Shown piece after piece: positions 58,044 through 60,632 of a stretch of DNA of 60,632 nucleotides. The DNA comes from a virus. The first letter of the stretch is position 1. Every line of letters starts with the position of its first letter. The notes under the pieces are model-generated. The model saw only the letters and a list, made by a program, of their open reading frames with translations, did not search any database and had not been told where the DNA came from. The DNA lies in IMG/VR virus record IMGVR_UViG_3300017917_002028, positions 1-60,632 of that record; one strand, given 5' to 3'. Position numbers and translations under genes: made by a program.

Positions 58044-59761
58044 CGCTTGCCGCTCATGATGACAACGCCAGCCACGCAGATCAGGTTCTTGTACGTGTCT
58101 CCGCCAGACTCTGGGCCGGTCCTAATCCCAAGGGTGACGGTATGTGTGCCATTAGGCAGATTCACAAAACCCGTGATGGCGTTGGTTTTTGATTCTCCAA
58201 GGGTGCAACCGGCTTGCGACAAAAGCGTTCCGTTGATGAATGCTCCGGTCACCAGAACGGCAGCATTTCCGCCTTCCTCGTAAAACGTGGTGTAGCCGGT
58301 GATGATTGTCCCGGCTGTTTCACCAGAGGCAAGCCCGGAGATGACAACTGTCGCGGTACAGATCGTTCGGTAGTTGTTATCGAGCGTTCCATAGTTGGTC
58401 ACCGGAACGTAGTTTGATGTGTGTCCGGTGATAAGTTGTCCGTAGCTTGGCACCGTCACCGCGTTGCCATCGAGAAACAGGGTGCCAATGTCGGCCCGCT
58501 TGATGACGGCCTTGTCGATGTAGACGCCAGCCGGGTTGCCCCTGGCGTCCGTGGTGGTCAGCACAATGAAGGGCACCCTCGGCGTGATGCCTGGGCCGCT
58601 GGGGCTGCCGATGGCAAACCGATCGGCACGCACGATGAAATCCGACGTGGGCGTCGAGTTGTTGGCCGTCGAGATCAGGCCGTAGCCCGCCACATAGCCG
58701 TTTACATCGATCTTGACACTGTACTTGGCGTAGATGTCGTTGTCTGCGTTGAGGCGAGCCGTGGCCTCGGTCTGGATTGCCGCGGTGTTCTGGCCCACCG
58801 TTGCCTGCAACGTGCTGACCGACGATGACAGCGCCGCCACGTTGTTGGCAGTGGTGGTCTGCTGGGTTTGCAGCGCCGAAATGTTGCCGTTCACGTTCGC
58901 AAACTGCGTGGTCATGCTCGTCGTGATGGCGTTGTCGGCATTGGCGCGGGTCGTCTGCTCCGTGGTGATGGCCGATTCCGCTGCGCTTACGCGGGTCGTC
59001 AGTGAGGTCAGCGAGTTGGCCTGGTTCGCGGTCGTGGTGTTGAGCGTGCTGATGTTGGACTCTGCCGTGCCCACCCGCGTCGTCAGGCTGTTCAGCGACG
59101 TGGCCTGCGAAGCGGTCGTCGTTTGCAGGCTGGTGATATTCGATTCAGCAGTGTTAACCCGGGTGGTCAGGTTGTTCAGGCTGGTTGCCTGACTCGCCGT
59201 TGTGGACTGGAGGCTGACGATCGTGGACTCGGCGCCGTCCACTCGTGTCGTGAGTCCGCTGATCTGCGTGGCTTGCGTGGCGGTGGTCGATTGCAGCGAC
59301 GAGATTTGCGACCCTTGCACCTGGTCAAACTGCAGGCGAGTTGCGGCTTCCTCGGCCAGATCGTCTGCCACCTGCTGAACCGCCGCGATCCGCGCCTGCT
59401 GCTCGGTGACGACCGACAGGTCGATGAGTCGAATCCGGTCGCCCAGTTCCTTGAACAACACCGACTCCATGACCGAGGCCTGCAGGTCGGTGATGATCCG
59501 GTTGATCTGCGATGCGGTCAGCCCGGGCTTGGTTTCCTGCTGCAGTTGCGTGAGGGCGGATCGCATGCCTCCGACCACCCCGCTGAGGTCTCCCAGTTCG
59601 GCCGCCGTGATGAAACGCATGTCGCCCTTGCCGGACGATCCGTTGCGCACGTGCCAGCCGTCCACAATGGCCCGCAACACCTGCCGGGTGTTTTGATCCT
59701 GAATGGCATCGAGCGCCGCCAGCGGCACACCGGGAACGCCTTTTTTGGTGTCGATGCTCAT
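58040..59761 (-). CDS. gpJ-like tail tip/host-specificity-type protein with coiled-coil repeats
   Basis: 573 aa with four approximately 28-aa repeats, then ...YAKYSVKIDVNGYVAGYGLIS...FIVRADRFAIG (J-like C-terminal pattern). Confidence 0.65.
   Translation of the reverse strand: MSIDTKKGVPGVPLAALDAIQDQNTRQVLRAIVDGWHVRNGSSGKGDMRFITAAELGDLSGVVGGMRSALTQLQQETKPGLTASQINRIITDLQASVMESVLFKELGDRIRLIDLSVVTEQQARIAAVQQVADDLAEEAATRLQFDQVQGSQISSLQSTTATQATQISGLTTRVDGAESTIVSLQSTTASQATSLNNLTTRVNTAESNITSLQTTTASQATSLNSLTTRVGTAESNISTLNTTTANQANSLTSLTTRVSAAESAITTEQTTRANADNAITTSMTTQFANVNGNISALQTQQTTTANNVAALSSSVSTLQATVGQNTAAIQTEATARLNADNDIYAKYSVKIDVNGYVAGYGLISTANNSTPTSDFIVRADRFAIGSPSGPGITPRVPFIVLTTTDARGNPAGVYIDKAVIKRADIGTLFLDGNAVTVPSYGQLITGHTSNYVPVTNYGTLDNNYRTICTATVVISGLASGETAGTIITGYTTFYEEGGNAAVLVTGAFINGTLLSQAGCTLGESKTNAITGFVNLPNGTHTVTLGIRTGPESGGDTYKNLICVAGVVIMSGKR
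58964..59299 (-). repeat. About four tandem 84-bp coding repeats (SLQSTTASQATSLNxLTTRVxTAESNIx)
   Basis: Seen in both the protein and the DNA (e.g. ...cgggtggtcaggttgttcaggctggttgcctg... recurs). Confidence 0.8.
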
Positions 59762-60632
59762 ACGGCGGCCAACTCCCGTGCCGTGTTGGCGATTCGCAAC
59801 TCACGGAACCGGCCGTAGCCGCTGATCTTGATCTTCCAGCGGTCAGACATGAACCCGCCCGGCAGCCGGAAATTCCACACGCCGGTGAACACGTTTTCCG
59901 AATGCCGCAAGACCCCATCGGCGTAGAACTGCACCTGCCAGCCTCCGGTGCTCACCGCCTGGGCAAAGCCGAAGTTGGTGGGCCGCGGCAGCACGATTTC
60001 GCGCGACTGCCATGTAGCCGTCAGATCGTCGCCGCCGTTGAACTGGTAGATGCCGTTGCCCTGCGCGTAATAGAACTGGTCGGACAGCGGGCTCACAAAG
60101 GCGCACGCCGCGCTCAGGTTGGGCAGATCGGTCATGGTGCCGTCGGCCTCGTCAAAGCGGATCATGAACGGCGTGAAGGCGCCGGCGCCGTGGAATGCCA
60201 CCAGGCGTCCGTCCCATACCGAAAAGCGCATGCCCGACAGGGCGGCGCCGTACTGCTGGCGCCAGACATCGCGCGTGAACAACTGTTGGCTCTGGGCGAG
60301 ACTGGCGGTGCCGCCCACGATCGTGACCAAGCCGTCGTTGCTGGCGTAGATCACGGCGCCGTCCACCACGGCAATGGCCCACTTGGAGACCCCGGCCTGA
60401 TCGACGTTGAGCCGGGTCGTGGTCATCGAGTCGGGCGACACACCAGAGACGAGGTGCGGCTGCTTGACCGTCGTCACCACGGCACCGGAGCCGTGAGCGA
60501 TGGCGCCGACGATGGTGGCCGGCAGGGGTTTGACGTACTGCGGTGGCCACGCCCACGGCTTGTAGGCTTCGCTGAACCACAGTTCGTTGCCCTTGAAGGC
60601 GCACAGGATGCCGTTGGGCAGCGCCATGAGCC
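59758..60632 (-). CDS. C-terminal part of the wrap-around tail hub/nozzle-like protein
   Basis: The ORF 59758..60627 translation (MALPNGILCAFKGNELWFSEAYKPWAWPPQY...) is also encoded by nt 1-94. The listed Met is therefore internal. The sequence is beta-rich and repeat-like, and lies in the tail module. Confidence 0.6.
   Translation of the reverse strand, partial: LMALPNGILCAFKGNELWFSEAYKPWAWPPQYVKPLPATIVGAIAHGSGAVVTTVKQPHLVSGVSPDSMTTTRLNVDQAGVSKWAIAVVDGAVIYASNDGLVTIVGGTASLAQSQQLFTRDVWRQQYGAALSGMRFSVWDGRLVAFHGAGAFTPFMIRFDEADGTMTDLPNLSAACAFVSPLSDQFYYAQGNGIYQFNGGDDLTATWQSREIVLPRPTNFGFAQAVSTGGWQVQFYADGVLRHSENVFTGVWNFRLPGGFMSDRWKIKISGYGRFRELRIANTARELAAV
60534..60632. repeat. Terminal overlap copy 2 (identical to 1-99)
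   Basis: Same 99-nt string as the window start. Confidence 0.95.

Overview
This 60,632-nt window is one complete phage genome. Nt 1-99 are identical to nt 60534-60632, so this is either circular closure or a short terminal repeat. The unit length is 60,533 bp, and one tail gene reads across the junction. The DNA is GC-rich by eye (about 60-65%). I saw no rRNA, tRNA, CRISPR array or transposon.

Layout:
1. A roughly 40-kb minus-strand late operon runs from about 20528, through the junction, to 41082. It encodes a VRR-NUC nuclease and a lysis cassette (holin, signal-peptide transglycosylase endolysin, Rz with embedded Rz1). TerS/TerL, portal and a scaffold-capsid-decoration cassette bracketed by terminators follow, then adaptor-like proteins. 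The tail genes include a 1,347-aa fibre (collagen-like and Ala/Ser/Thr repeats, S74 chaperone), a glycine-rich protein, a tail hub and a gpJ-like protein. The operon ends with internal virion proteins and a 4,644-aa polyvalent virion protein (lytic transglycosylase, DarB-like methylase/helicase, HExxH module, hydrophobic C-terminus).
2. A plus-strand early operon of 13 small, mostly start/stop-overlapping genes spans 21030-25110.
3. An immunity region has divergent cro-like and cI-like genes. The cro side leads to a PrimPol/DUF3987 replicase.
4. A plus-strand recombination/replication operon (29744-39499) ends in a PrtN-like factor, an attP-like region and a tyrosine integrase.

This is a temperate, podovirus-like phage of a high-GC proteobacterium. 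The layout recalls Bcep22-type Burkholderia phages, but that is recollection, not a search result.

Most notable observations:
- A gene-like +1-frame ORF with its own SD/ATG is nested in a linker of the giant gene, where the long frame has anomalous codon usage.
- A TTRAG-N5-CTYAA dyad family marks promoter-proximal intergenic sites.
- An iteron/DnaA-box origin-like hub lies between the divergent operons.
- An attP-like core-plus-arm architecture sits next to the integrase.
- One protein has a DUF2829 (Tad2-type) domain.

All calls rest on reading the ORF translations and the DNA by eye, with no database search. Small-motif coordinates were hand-counted and may be off by 1-2 nt.
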